A DNA stretch of 64,000 bases from Isurus oxyrinchus (GCA_026770705.1 JANJGN010000021.1:117986001-118050000), one strand, 5' to 3'. Positions 40,401-50,159 are shown, counted from the first letter of the stretch. The notes: generated by a model from the letters alone, not told the origin. Numbers and translations are program-made.

Positions 40401-43400
40401 TATTTACAGGGGGTCCCCGGGGAGCGTGTCAGTGTTTACAGGGGGTCTCCGGCGAGTGTGTCAGTATTTACAGGGGGTCCCAGGGGAGTGTGTCAGTATT
40501 TACAGGGGGGTCCCCGGGAAGTGTGTCAGTATTTACAGGGGGTCCCTGGGGAGTGTGTCAGTATTTACAGGGGGTCCCCAGGAAGTGTGTCAGTATTTAC
40601 AGGGGGTCCCAGGGGGTGTCTCGGTATTTACAGGGGGTCCCCAGGGAGTGTGTCAGTATTTACAGGGTGTCGCCGGGGAGTGTGTCAGTATTTACAGGGG
40701 GTCCCCGGGGCGTCTCAGTGTTGACAAACGTCCCGGGGAGTGTGTCAGTATTTAAAGGGGGTCCCCGAGGAGTGGGTCAGTACTTACAGGGGGTCCCGGT
40801 GAGTGTGTCAGTATTTACAGGGGGTCCCCAGGGAGTGTGTCAGTATTTACAGGGGGGTCCCTGGGGAGTGTGTCAGTATTTACAGGTGTCCCCGGGGCGT
40901 CTCAGTGTTGACACATGTCCCGGGGAGTGTGTCAGTATTTAAAGGGGGTCCCCGGGGAGTGTGTCAGTACTTACAGGGGGTCCCGGTGAGTGTGTCAGTA
41001 TTTACAGGGGGTCCCAGGGGAGTGTGTCAGTATTTACAGGGGGGACCGCGGAGAATGAGTGAGTATTTGCAGGGGGGTCCCCAGGGAGTATGTCAGTTTT
41101 TACAGGGGGCCCCGGGGAGTGTCTGAGTAATTTACAGGGCTCCCCAGGGAGTGTGTCAGTATTTACATGGGGTCCCCAGGAAGTGTGTCAGTATTTACAG
41201 GGAGCCCCCGGGGAGTCTGTCAGTATTTACAGGGCGTTCCCGGGGAGTATATCAGTGTTTACAGGGGGCCCCCGGGGAGTGTGTCAGTATTTACAGGGGG
41301 GTCCCCGGGGAGTGTGTCAGTATTTACAGGGGGTTCCTGGGGAGTGTGTCAGTATTTACAGGGGGGACCGCGGAAAATGTGTCAGTACTTATGGGGGGAC
41401 CGCGGAGAATGTGTCAGTAATTACAGGGGGGTCCCCAGGGAGTGTGTCAGTATTTATAGGGGGTCCTCGGGGAGTGTGTCAGTATTTACAGGGGGGGTCT
41501 CAGGGGAGTGTGTCAGTATTTACAGGGGGTCTCCGGGGAGTGTGTCAGTATTTAAAGGGGGTCCCCGGGGAGTGTGTCAGTATTTACAGGGGGTCTCCGT
41601 GGAGTGTGTCAGTATTTACAGGGGGTCCCCGGGGATTGTGTCATTATTTACAGGAGGTCCCCGGGGAGTGTGTCAGTATTTACAGGGGGGGCATCCCCGT
41701 GGAATGTGTCAGCATCTACGTGGGGTCCCCGGGAAGTGTGTCAGTATTAACAGGTGTCCCCGGGGATTGTGTCAGTATTTAGAGGGGGTCCCCGGGGAGT
41801 GTGTCAGTATTTACAGTGGGTCCCCGGGGAGTGTGTCAGTATTTACAGGGGGGTCCCCGGGAAGTGTGTCAGTATTTACAGGGCGTCCCCGGGGAGTGTG
41901 TCAGTATTTACAGGGGAGTCCCCGGGGAGTGTGTCAGTATTTACAGGGGGTCCCCCGGGAGTGTGTCAGTATTTACAGGGGGTCCCCGGGGAGTGTGTCA
42001 GTATTTACAGGGGGTCCCCGGGGAGTGTGTCAGTATTTACAGGGGGTCCCCGGGGAGTGTGTCAGTATTTACAGGGGGGGTCTCCGGGGAGTGTGTCAGT
42101 ATTTACAGGGGGAACCCGGGGAGTGTGTCAGTATTTACAGGGGGACCCCGGGGAGTGTGTCAGTATTTACAGGGGGTCCCCGGGGAGTGTGTCAGTATTT
42201 ACAGGGGGTCTCCAGGGAGTGTGTCAGTATTTACAGGTGGTCTCCGGGGAGTGTGTCAGTATTTAAATGGGGTCCCAGGGGAGTGTGTCAGTACGTACAG
42301 GGGCCCCAGGGGAGTGTGTCAGTGTTTACAGGGGGTCCCAGGGGAGTGTGTCAGTATTTAAATGGGGTCCCAGGGGAGTGTGTCAGTACGTACAGGGGGT
42401 CCCGGTGAGTGTGTCAGTATTTACAGGGTGTTCCCGGGGAGTGTGTCAGTATTTACAGGGTGTCCCCGGGGAGTGTGTCAATATTTACAGGGGAGTCCCC
42501 GGGGAGCGTGTCAGTGTTTACAGGGGGTCCCCGGAGAGTGTGTCAGTATTTACAGGGGGTCCCCGAGGAGTGTGTCAGTATTTACAGGGGGCCCCCAGGG
42601 AGTGTGTCAGTATTTACAGGGGGTCCCCAGGGAGTGTGTCAGTATTTACAGGGGTTTCCAGGGCAGTGTGTCAGTATTTACAGTGGGTCCCCAGGGAGTG
42701 TGTCAGTATTTACAGGGGGTCCCCGGAGAGTGTGTCAGTATTTACAGGGGGTCCCCGGGGAGTGTGTCAGTATTTACAGGGGGTCCCCGGGCAGTGTGTC
42801 AGTACTTAGAGGGGATCCCGGGGAATGTGACTGTATTTACAGGGGGACCCGGGGATTGTGTCAGTATTTACATGGGGGTCCCCGGGGAGTGTGTCAGTAT
42901 TTACAGGGGGTCCCGGGGAGTGTGTCAGTATTTACAGGGGGGACCGCAGAGAATGTGTGAGTATTTACAGGGGGGTCCCCAGGGAGTGTGTCAGTGTTTA
43001 CAGGGGGCCCCGGGGAGTGTCTCAGTATTTACAGGGCTCCCCGGGGAGTGTGTCAGTATTTAAATGGGGTCCCAGGGGAGTGTGTCAGTACTTACAGGGG
43101 GTCCCGGTGAGTGTGTCAGTATTTACAGGGGGTCCCATGGGAGTGTGTCAGTATTTACAGGGGGGACCGCGGAGAATGAGTGAGTATTTGCAGGGGGGTC
43201 CCCAGGGAGTATGTCAGTTTTTACAGGGGGCCCCGGGGAGTGTCTGAGTAATTTACAGGGCTCCCCAGGGAGTGTGTCAGTATTTACATGGGGTCCCCGG
43301 GAAGTGTGTCAGTATTTACAGGGTGTCCCCGGGGAGTGTGTCAGTATTTACAGGGCGTTCCCGGGGAGTATATCAGTGTTTACAGGGGGCCCCCGGGGAG

Positions 43401-46400
43401 TGTGTCAGTATTTACAGGGGGTTCCCGGGGAGTGTGTCAGTATTTACAGGGGGTCCCCGGGGAGTGTGTCAGTATTTACAGGGGGGACCGCGGAAAATGT
43501 GTCAGTATTTACGGGGGGACTGCGGAGAATGTGTCAGTAATTACAGGGGGGTCCCCGGGGAGTGTGTCAGTATTTATAGGGGGTCCTCGGGGAGTGTGTC
43601 AGTATTTACAGGGGGGGTCTCCGGGGAGTGTGTCAGTATTTACAGGGGGTCCTCGGGGAGTGTGTCAGTATTTACAGGGGGTCCCCGGGGAGTGTGTCAG
43701 TATTTACAGGGGGTCCCCGGGGAGTGTGTCAGTATTTACAGGGGGTCTCCGGGGAGTGTGTCAGTATTTACAGGGGGTCTCCGGGGAGTGTGTCAGTATT
43801 TACAGGGGGTCCCCGGGGAGTGTGTCAGTATTTAAATGGGGTCCCCGGGGAGTGTGTCAGTATTTACAGGGGGTCTCCGTGGAGTGTGTCAGTATTTACA
43901 GGGGGTCCCCGGGGATTGTGTCATTATTTACAGGGGGTCCCCGGGAAGTGTGTCAGTATTTACAGGGGGGGCATCCCCGTGGGGTGTGTCAGCATCTACA
44001 GGGGGTCCCCGGGAAGTGTGTCAGTATTAACAGGTGTCCCCGGGGATTGTGTCAGTATTTACAGGGGTCCCCGGGGAGTGTGTCAGTATTTGCAGGGTGT
44101 CCCCGGGGAGTGTGTCAGTATTTACAGGGGGTCCCCGGGGAGTGTGTCAGTAATTACAGGGGGTCCCCGGGGAGTGTGTCAGTATTTACAGGGTATCCCC
44201 GGGGAGTGTGTCAGTAATTACATGGGGTCCGGGTGAGTGTGTCAGTATTTACAAAGGCTCCCAAGGAGTGTCTCGGTATTTTCACGGGTCTGCGGAGAGT
44301 CTCAGTATTTACAGGGGGGTCCCCGGGGAGTGTGTCAGTATTTACAGGGCGTCCCTGGGGAGTGTGTCAGTATTTACAGGGGGTCCCCGGGGGAGTGTGT
44401 CAGTATTTACAGGGCGTCCCTGGGGAGTGTGTCAGTATTTACAGGGGGTCCCCGGGGGAGTGTGTCAGTATTTACAGGGGGTCCCGGGGGAGTGTGTCAG
44501 TATTTACAGGGGGTCCCCAGGAAGTGTGTCAGTATTTACAGGGGGTCCCAGGGGGTGTCTCGGTATTTACAGGGGGTCCCCAGGAAGTGTGTCAGTATTT
44601 ACAGGGGGTCCCAGGGGGTGTCTCGGTATTTACAGGGGGTCCCCAGGAAGTGTGTCAGTATTTACAGGGGGTCCCAGGGGGTGTCTCGGTATTTACAGGG
44701 GGTCCCCAGGAAGTGTGTCAGTATTTACAGGGGGTCCCAGGGGGTGTCTCGGTATTTACAGGGGGTCCCCAGGGAGTGTGTCAGTATTTACAAGGGGGTC
44801 CCTGGGGAGTGTGTCAGTATTTACAGGGGGGTCCCCGGGGCGTCTCAGTGTTGACACACGTCCCGGGGAGTGTGTCAGTATTTACAGGGGGTCCCCGGGG
44901 AGTGTGTCAGTGTTTACCGGTGTCCCTGGGCTGTGTCACATTCTTGTTCTAGCCATCAGAATGAGCTGTGTAATCAGTGTTTATCTGAGGACTGGGGTTG
45001 AAAGTGAAGGTCGATGATGAATGTTCAGCTCCCACTGCTTTATATTTCTGCCTGCCTTCTAATCTGCTCATTTTTAAAATAAAGTTGCCCATCTGGTACT
45101 TCAGGAGTTGTTAGCACACTTACTGTTCAAGATTGTAGCTCATGCCCGCACATTTTTCAACTGAATATGTTGTATATCAATTTGGGGGAGCCCAGTGAAT
45201 TTGTTGCTGTGCTATACCTTGATCTGACCTCCATTATTGTGTCCTGTCACATGGAGGATGTTATCTGGCAATGGCACAGAGGAGTTTCACTGGGTTAAGT
45301 CATAGTTTAAAATGTCTTATCAAGGAGCTGGGACTGTCTTCTCTGCAGGAGCGCAGACTATGGGGTAGTCTGACTGAGGGTTATAAAGATGTTGAAGGGA
45401 ATATATTGTGTCTGAGCTGACAGTATACTCCAATTAATTAGTTTCCGGGTTACAATTATAAATGATCAGATCGATGTCGCCATCCCCTTTAACTGTCTGT
45501 GTGAGGCATGTAACTCACCCTCCCCTTTAACAAGCTGTTTGCACCGGTTGTTTCCTTTCACCCTCCCCTTTAAGCAGAATGCTGTTAGTTGCAGCTCTGG
45601 TACGCGCCCGCTGATGGGCTGCACACTGTTGCAGCCTTTTTGTTTAATCCCAGCCTCACCACACTGAAGGAAAGCTCTCGCCAGGCCCTTTGCAGTGTTG
45701 CGCTTGCAGCCTGACAATATCTCAGCCTCTGCCTCTCACAAGGGCAGCCGGCTTTGATCAACAACGCTTGAGGTGACTAACCTATGGCGGGCGGGGTTAG
45801 AAGGTTTCTCTTTCAGATCAGGGAAGCAGCTAAAAATCAGCAGCGAGACTGGTTAGGAGTGAAAACAGGAAGCAGTTTTATTTGCACAAAGGCCACTTTC
45901 GAAATCTGAATCTTTCTCTCTCTCTCTCTTCCCACAAAAGACTGTGGATGCTGGGAAGTCAAATATGACTGAGATCGATAGATCTCTTTGTGAGGTCAAG
46001 GTTTTAAACAGAGTTGCCAACTCCGGCTGGATGAATTTCTGGAGGGTTTATCACATGACTTCCTCCCTCCAATAGCCTCACCCACCTCCCCCAACCCCCC
46101 CCCCCCCCCCCCCCAAACTACTGTCATTGGTCACACAACATGCCGATCATTGATGTCCTGCCCTCCACTGGTCAATTGGAAAGCCAATTGCAAAAGCTCG
46201 TCCTCAGTCATCCTGGGCGACTCAAACTGTGGGTCAAAAAGCCTTTTCTTTCCTGTCAGCAGCAGTTTTATAATTAATACACAAAACAGTAGAAAGAACT
46301 TTTACTTTTTTCTAAATGTCCCCATGAACTTTCTCCCTGGAAATGTATTCATGGTGACTCCAGGGCAATCCTGGAGGGTTGGCAACCCTATAATATCGAG

Positions 46401-48840
46401 GGATATGATGCCAAGGCAGGCGAAATGGAGTAAAGTTACAGGCCGTCCATGTTTTAACTGAGTGACACAACGGTTGAATGGCCCTCTCCTGTTCCTACAT
46501 AGTGCTCACAGGATTTAAATTGGTTCAATAAATAAAAGTTACAGGTTTTCATTATGTGTCCTTGGATCTGTGCTGCGTCAGTCTGAAGTTAGAGGTTATA
46601 TCATCACCAGTACTATAAATACAATCCAAGGACAAGCCAGGTTATACTGCAGACTGATCAAAATACATGTCCTAACATAACCCTGCCTCAAGACTGGAAC
46701 CTGGAATATACCACCCAGAAAAAAGGCCATTCAGCCCATCTAGACCCTGCCAGCGAGTAAGCTGTCTCTGTGCTCTCAGCTACGCAACTAAAATTAAACT
46801 GCACCTTTCAGGAGTGTTACTGAAACCACATCTCCACACGTGGTACTATCAGAGGCTAACATGGGGGCCTCTTCAGTAAACAGTGAGGCTCAGGGCACTT
46901 TTCAAAAAACAATTTCAGAGGATATGTGGGCTTCACGTTTATAAGAACATAAGAAATAGGGGCAGGAGTAGGCCATTCGGCCCCTCAAGCCTGCCCTGCT
47001 ATTCAATAAGATCATGGCTGATCTGCTCCAGGCCTCAACTCCTCTTTCGTGTCAGCTCCTCACAGCCCTCCGCTCCTCACAGCCCTCCGCTCCTCACAGC
47101 CCTCCGCTCCTCACAGACCTCAGCTCCTCACAGCCCTCCGCTCCTCACAGCCCTCCGCTCCTCACAGCCCTCCGCTCCTCACAGCCCTCCGCTCCTCACA
47201 GCCCTCCGCTCCTCACAGCCCTCCGCTCCTCACAGCCCTCAGCTCCTCACAGCCCTCAGCTCCTCACAGACCTCAGCTCCTCACAGCCCTCCGCTCCTCA
47301 CAGCCCTCCGCTCCTCACAGCCCTCCGCTCCTCACAGCCCTCCGCTCCTCACAGCCCTCAGCTCCTCACAGCCCTCCGCTCCTCACAGCCCTCCGCTCCT
47401 CACAGCCCTCCGCTCCTCACAGCCCTCCGCTCCTCACAGCCCTCCGCTCCTCACAGCCCTCAGCTCCTCACAGCCCTCAACTCCTCACAGCCCTCAACTC
47501 CTCACAGCCCTCCGCTCCTCACAGCCCTCCGCTCCTCACAGCCCTCAGCTCCTCACAGCCCTCAACTCCTCACAGCCCTCAACTCCTCACAGCCCTCCGC
47601 TCCTCACAGCCCTCCGCTCCTCACAGCCCCCCGCTCCTCACAGCCCTCCGCTCCTCACAGCCCTCAACTCCTCACAGCCCTCCGCTCCTCACAGACCTCA
47701 GCTCCTCACAGCCCTCAGCTCCTCACAGCCCTCCGCTCCTCACAGCCCTCCGCTCCTCACAGCCCTCAGCTCCTCACAGCCCTCAGCTCCTCACAGCCCT
47801 CAGCTCCTCACAGCCCTCAACTCCTCACAGCCCTCAACTCCTCACAGCCCTCCGCTCCTCACAGCCCTCCGCTCCTCACAGCCCCCCGCTCCTCACAGCC
47901 CTCCGCTCCTCACAGCCCTCAACTCCTCACAGCCCTCCGCTCCTCACAGACCTCAGCTCCTCACAGCCCTCAGCTCCTCACAGCCCTCCGCTCCTCACAG
48001 CCCTCCGCTCCTCACAGCCCTCAGCTCCTCACAGCCCTCCGCTCCTCACAGCCTTCAACTCCTCACAGCCCTCCGCTCCTCACAGCCCTCTGCTCCTCAT
48101 AGCCCTCAGCTCCTCACAGCCCTCCGCTCCTCATAGCCCTCCACTCCCCAGTATTTCAAAATTATATAAGACCATAAGACATAGGAGCAGAAATTAGGCC
48201 ATTCGGCCCAACGAGTCTGCTCCACCATTCAATCATGGCTGATAAGTTTCTCAACCCCATTCGCCCGCCTTCTCCCCGTAACTTTTGATCCCCTTACCAA
48301 TCAAGAGTCACGTGTAGGCCAGACCGGGGTAAGGAGGGCAGATTCCCCCTAAAGGGGCATCAGTGAACCGGATGGGTTTTTAACAGCAATCCACAGTTTA
48401 CCTGATCACCGTTACCGACACAGGCTCAGGCATCATTACATTACTGCAGGAGGGTCACAGGGGGCTCGAAACGTTAAGTCTGTCTTTCCCTCCACAGTCT
48501 CTGTGCCGGACCTGCTCAATTCCCCCTGCAATTTCCTGCTTTTGCATTATTTCAGCAAATTCGCTTGAAGATTTCCCCCATCCCCTTGGTGTTGGGATTT
48601 TAATAAAAAGACATATTTTTATGTCCCCCACCCCCCAGGATCACTCATCCAGTAACAGAAGCAGCTACAGACAGTAACAAGGAGGAAGCAGCTGGGCTGT
48701 ACACAGTCTCTGCCCACAGACAGACCCCTCTACACCTGCCCATACAGAGAGGGTGAAGAGTAGTTTAGAGGGTGCTTACCAGGAAGGGAGCAGAGGCTGA
48801 TGATCAGACACAGCCTGTACACACTGCTGACTGCGTCCAT
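15614..48840 (-). CDS. TAPBP: Tapasin (TAP-binding protein), complete spliced CDS, 8 exons: 48780-48840, 36293-36511, 31688-31960, 24835-25176, 21981-22304, 20326-20427, 16395-16432, 15614-15628; 1374 nt, 457 aa
   Basis: Exons joined by hand; every intron is GT-AG with matching phase (1,1,1,1,1,1,0). The protein has a signal peptide, ECWFVEE N-terminal motif, CEI, an IgV-like domain (LDC...EWRYQ...GNASL...EGSYIC), an IgC1 domain ([11 protein letters not shown]...DGTF...YTCYVDH), a TM segment [11 protein letters not shown]...LKFFYW with intramembrane Lys, and a KEKIN* end. The 8-exon layout matches mammalian TAPBP as recalled. Confidence 0.95.
16395..16432 (-). CDS. TAPBP: Tapasin exon 7 (cytoplasmic tail [13 protein letters not shown])
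   Basis: Acceptor cctttgtctttcag|TT, donor AAG|gtaaaa; 38 nt, phase 1 to phase 0. Confidence 0.8.
16456..17070 (-). mobile_element. CR1 LINE 3' fragment
   Basis: [28 protein letters not shown]...[10 protein letters not shown]...[14 protein letters not shown] (CR1 ORF2 C-terminus) plus a short tandem 3' tail. Confidence 0.93.
17320..18610. repeat. 37-bp minisatellite (GGAGGAGGTTACAGAGATAGGGAGGGTTGTAGGGGCT), diverged, in tapasin intron 6
   Basis: Tandem periodicity of about 37; the left flank resembles decayed L2-type sequence. Confidence 0.9.
18665..18965 (-). mobile_element. CR1 LINE 3' end
   Basis: [15 protein letters not shown]...[10 protein letters not shown] plus TTCTTATG-type tail; nearly identical to 27265-27560. 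Confidence 0.9.
19035..20178 (+). mobile_element. CR1 LINE 3' fragment (RT and C-terminus)
   Basis: [16 protein letters not shown]...SKFADDTK...[12 protein letters not shown]...[13 protein letters not shown]...; one premature stop; TTGTTCT tail. Confidence 0.95.
20326..20427 (-). CDS. TAPBP: Tapasin exon 6 (connecting peptide and transmembrane helix)
   Basis: Acceptor tctgtctccctgcag|GA, donor G|gtaatt, 102 nt; [34 protein letters not shown], with the acidic pair and intramembrane Lys typical of tapasin. Confidence 0.93.
21230..21565 (-). mobile_element. Degenerate L2-type LINE 3' remnant
   Basis: Reverse-complement similarity to the L2-like tail at 37180-37540. Confidence 0.5.
21981..22304 (-). 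CDS. TAPBP: Tapasin exon 5 (IgC1 domain)
   Basis: Acceptor tttttgttgccag|AG, donor G|gtaaag, 324 nt; EPPK...[15 protein letters not shown]...[11 protein letters not shown]...YTCYVDH. Confidence 0.96.
22352..23810. repeat. C-rich minisatellite, about 24 bp (CCCCCCTCCCCAACTCACCACAC), in tapasin intron 4
   Basis: Tandem repeats that decay rightwards; source of the spurious Pro-rich ORFs. Confidence 0.93.
23815..24550. repeat. 45-bp minisatellite (GGGGATCCCTCTCTCAGGGAGAGGGGCAATAGGGATTGGGACTGA)
   Basis: Tandem copies, near-perfect in 24140-24425; internal hairpin CCCTCTC...GAGAGGG. Confidence 0.95.
24835..25176 (-). CDS. TAPBP: Tapasin exon 4 (IgV-like domain)
   Basis: Acceptor cctttctttctcag|TT, donor G|gtatag, 342 nt; VLNVFTRT...LLDCGF...[11 protein letters not shown]...GNASL...EGSYICTV. 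Confidence 0.96.
25310..25600 (+). mobile_element. Degenerate SINE (DeuSINE/SacSINE-like)
   Basis: tRNA-like head and central GGAGTGCTG...GGAGGTGCC core; a related copy lies at 50610-51045 on the minus strand. Confidence 0.55.
25780..26275 (+). mobile_element. Shark SINE (HE1-like, LINE-derived tail) interrupted by a Penelope-end insertion
   Basis: Similar to the copy at 62785-63265; the tail CAAGGGCAATTAGGGATGGGCAAT is shared with the LINE end at 30900-30960. Confidence 0.7.
26062..26229 (+). mobile_element. Penelope-like element terminal fragment with inverted 5' part and a 14-bp target-site duplication
   Basis: 70-bp palindrome at 26064-26133; ATGGGCAATGAATG at both 26048-26061 and 26230-26243; same sequence family as 49952-50150 and 55165-55305. 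Confidence 0.75.
26696..26970. mobile_element. Short Penelope-derived/MITE-like element with about 80-bp inverted ends, each carrying a hammerhead-like motif
   Basis: AGTATTGCTGAAAA...CTTGCACTCATCAGGACAA...GCAAGAAATGCCAA mirrored by TTGGCATTTTCTTGC...TTGTCCTGATGAGTGCAA...TTTTCAGCAATACT. Confidence 0.75.
26909..26944 (+). ncRNA. Degenerate minimal type I hammerhead ribozyme-like motif
   Basis: TTGTC-CTGATGA-GTGCAACAT-GAGA-AGCT-TC-GACAA: stem I TTGTC/GACAA, CUGAUGA core, palindromic stem III; the GAAA box is mutated to GAGA. Confidence 0.5.
27265..27785 (-). mobile_element. CR1 LINE 3' fragment
   Basis: [16 protein letters not shown]...RGDLIEVY...[17 protein letters not shown]. Confidence 0.92.
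27787..30972 (+). mobile_element. LINE (CR1/L2 superfamily, HER1-like) 3' portion with an internal 56-bp VNTR
   Basis: [17 protein letters not shown]...GMFADDCT...MEYSPLAW...; after the VNTR it resumes GGACTGCAGCGGTTCAAGAAGGCAGCTCACCACCACCTTCTCAAGG. Confidence 0.9.
28755..30883 (+). repeat. 56-bp minisatellite (GGACAAAATCCTGGAACTCCCTCCCTAACAGCACTGTGGGTGTACCTACACCACAT), about 38 copies
   Basis: Highly homogeneous tandem repeat lying inside the LINE. Confidence 0.97.
31688..31960 (-). CDS. TAPBP: Tapasin exon 3 (DYSRIT...PHCEINKY...WATHLT...TWFCSH...HQTS)
   Basis: Acceptor tttttcactcaacag|AT, donor G|gtatca, 273 nt; CEI and W..LT...P......W motifs of tapasin. Confidence 0.93.
32165..33685 (+). 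mobile_element. CR1 LINE, 5'-truncated (RT domain to 3' tail)
   Basis: VPLFKKG...[18 protein letters not shown]...[19 protein letters not shown]...KAFDKVPH...[10 protein letters not shown]; frameshifts and stops; CTCTATGA tail. Confidence 0.96.
33708..35160. repeat. (GT)n/(GA)n-rich low-complexity tract with three N runs (undetermined or masked sequence)
   Basis: TG microsatellite between the runs of n. Confidence 0.95.
35240..35715 (+). mobile_element. Degenerate CR1 3' fragment
   Basis: [19 protein letters not shown] followed by a decayed CR1 3' end. Confidence 0.75.
36293..36511 (-). CDS. TAPBP: Tapasin exon 2 (N-terminal domain, ...[14 protein letters not shown]...DPALLLLRQ...FFDVR)
   Basis: Acceptor ctctttctcttcacag|TG, donor G|gtaaga, 219 nt; contains the tapasin ECWFVE signature. 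Confidence 0.95.
36560..37105 (+). mobile_element. Degenerate CR1 3' fragment
   Basis: [16 protein letters not shown]...[18 protein letters not shown]. Confidence 0.8.
37180..37540 (+). mobile_element. L2-type LINE 3' end
   Basis: [16 protein letters not shown] (L2 ORF2 terminus) followed by a TGTTAAAGGCACTGTATATAA tail. Confidence 0.7.
38120..44930. repeat. Satellite of about 32 bp (GGGGAGTGTGTCAGTATTTACAGGGGGTCCCC), about 210 copies, in tapasin intron 1
   Basis: Tandem periodicity of 30-33 with recurring variant blocks; source of the many spurious GSVSVFTG ORFs. Confidence 0.97.
46009..46390. mobile_element. Putative non-autonomous DNA transposon (MITE)
   Basis: Imperfect terminal inverted repeats CAGAGTTGCCAAC ... 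GTTGGCAACCCTA; interrupts a decayed CR1 tail; no clear target-site duplication. Confidence 0.5.
47053..48145. repeat. 17-bp minisatellite (CCTCACAGCCCTCCGCT) expanded inside a CR1 3' end (46940-48160, minus strand)
   Basis: Tandem 17-mers flanked by CR1 tail sequence; a second CR1 tail follows at 48165-48305. Confidence 0.93.
48780..48840 (-). CDS. TAPBP: Tapasin exon 1 (signal peptide [20 protein letters not shown])
   Basis: ATG at 48840 in GAGATGG context; hydrophobic leader; G|GTAAGC donor in phase 1, matching exon 2; ISRE/GAS immediately upstream. Confidence 0.85.
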
Positions 48841-48954
48841 CTCCAGGAAAGACTGAAACCACCACAAGCCCAACTCGATCCCCTCAGCACAGCCCAGCCC
48901 AGCCCAGCCCACGAAGCGCTGCTGCCTGCACAGAGACGCCTTTTACTCGCTTTT

Positions 48955-48978
48955 ACTTTCATTTCTGTTTCCCGGAAA
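48955..48978 (-). promoter_or_regulatory. Composite ISRE/IRF-E plus GAS (STAT) element of the tapasin promoter
   Basis: Minus strand reads TTTCCGGGAAACAGAAATGAAAGT: GAS TTCCCGGAA (48969-48977) overlapping tandem GAAA repeats (GAAACAGAAATGAAAGT), 115-138 bp upstream of the ATG. Confidence 0.8.
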
Positions 48979-49538
48979 ACGCTGAAGCGAGTGGGAGGCA
49001 GCAGAGACAGACACATGGGGTGGCTGGGTTTGCTGGGGCTGGGAAGAGACGAGCAGAGTCCGACCTGGTACCTCCCCACACCCCACACCCTGGAAAAGGA
49101 CCCTCCTCTGCACCTTCTACCCCTTCTCCAGGCAAGACCCCCGCGTCCAGGGCACGGAGGCGTTGGAAAGAGACTTGTTTCAAAGAGCTCTCCTTCCCCC
49201 CCCACCTCGACAGGATGGCTTCTCCTGGGGATTCTGCAGCGGAATTACCCCCCCACCCCTCCCCCCCACCACCTAACCCTGGTCTGCACACAACTGAGAC
49301 ACAACTGAGACAGGGAATCAGGGCAGAGAGGCTGCTGAGTAACTCCTCCACAATCAGGAGAGGCACTGGGCCAGTACGCATGTAAGGGGTCGAATGGCCC
49401 CCTTGCTGTAACTGTCATTTCTATGGCTCTCTCATGACAGAAATCAGACCACAGGGAGCTGCCTTTTATTTTTTTTTTGGCACTTTTTTTTTAAAAAAAA
49501 AATTCAATTGCCGAGAAGTGGAAAAGAAGGTGAACATC

Positions 49539-49555
49539 GAAATGGAAATGAAATT
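49539..49555 (+). promoter_or_regulatory. Second ISRE/IRF-like motif upstream of tapasin
   Basis: GAAATGGAAATGAAATT, about 700 bp upstream of the ATG; motif match only. Confidence 0.35.
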
Positions 49556-49951
49556 GTTCAAATAAAATTAAATGCAATTAGCATCTCGCTGGGTGGACGC
49601 TGAGAGTTTGTTCACACTGCTCGGGGAATCGGAAAAACGTGGGGGCAGGGGGGGCTAAGTCTCAGGATAAGGGGCCGATCGTTTCGGAGCAAGATGTGCA
49701 GAAACTGCTTCACTCAAAGGGGTTGTGACTATCTGAAATTCTCTACCCCAGAGGGGCTGTGGACGTCCCATGATTGTACTGAATGTCAGAGCGGGCTCAA
49801 TGGGCCATACGGTCTATTCCTGCTCCTACTTTTTGGGTTCTTGACATCTACCCCTATCTAAATCTATCAGTGGGTGCAAGTGTTCCTTTAGTACTGGCAG
49901 CCACTGGCTGATTTGTTTTGTAGATTTACTGAAGCAGGGAGAGCGTCTCTG

Positions 49952-50150
49952 AAACAAAAACAGAATTACCTGGAAAAACTCAGCAGGTCTGGCAGCATCG
50001 GCGGAGAAGAAAAGAGTTGACGTTTCGAGTCCTCATGAGGACTCGAAACGTCAACTCTTTTCTTCTCCGCCGATGCTGCCAGACCTGCTGAGTTTTTCCA
50101 GGTAATTCTGTTTTTGTTTTGGATTTCCAGCATCCGCAGTTTTCTTTGTT
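49952..50150. mobile_element. Penelope-like terminal fragment forming a perfect 168-bp palindrome
   Basis: 49952-50119 is self-complementary around CCTCA|TGAGG; same family as 26062-26229. Confidence 0.8.
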
Positions 50151-50159
50151 TTTATCTCG

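Noticed and set aside
37965-45017. Many overlapping 200-490 aa ORFs (GSVSVFTG / GVCQYLQG)
   Set aside because: Stop-poor satellite that is open in all three frames; no evidence of coding constraint.
46883-48197. Three overlapping ORFs of about 400 aa
   Set aside because: Product of a stop-free 17-bp repeat.
15614-48840. Alternative identification as TAPBPL (TAPBPR)
   Set aside because: ECWFVE, GPSIDD before the TM, the intramembrane Lys and a C-terminal KxKxx motif are tapasin features. A phylogeny would be the final test.
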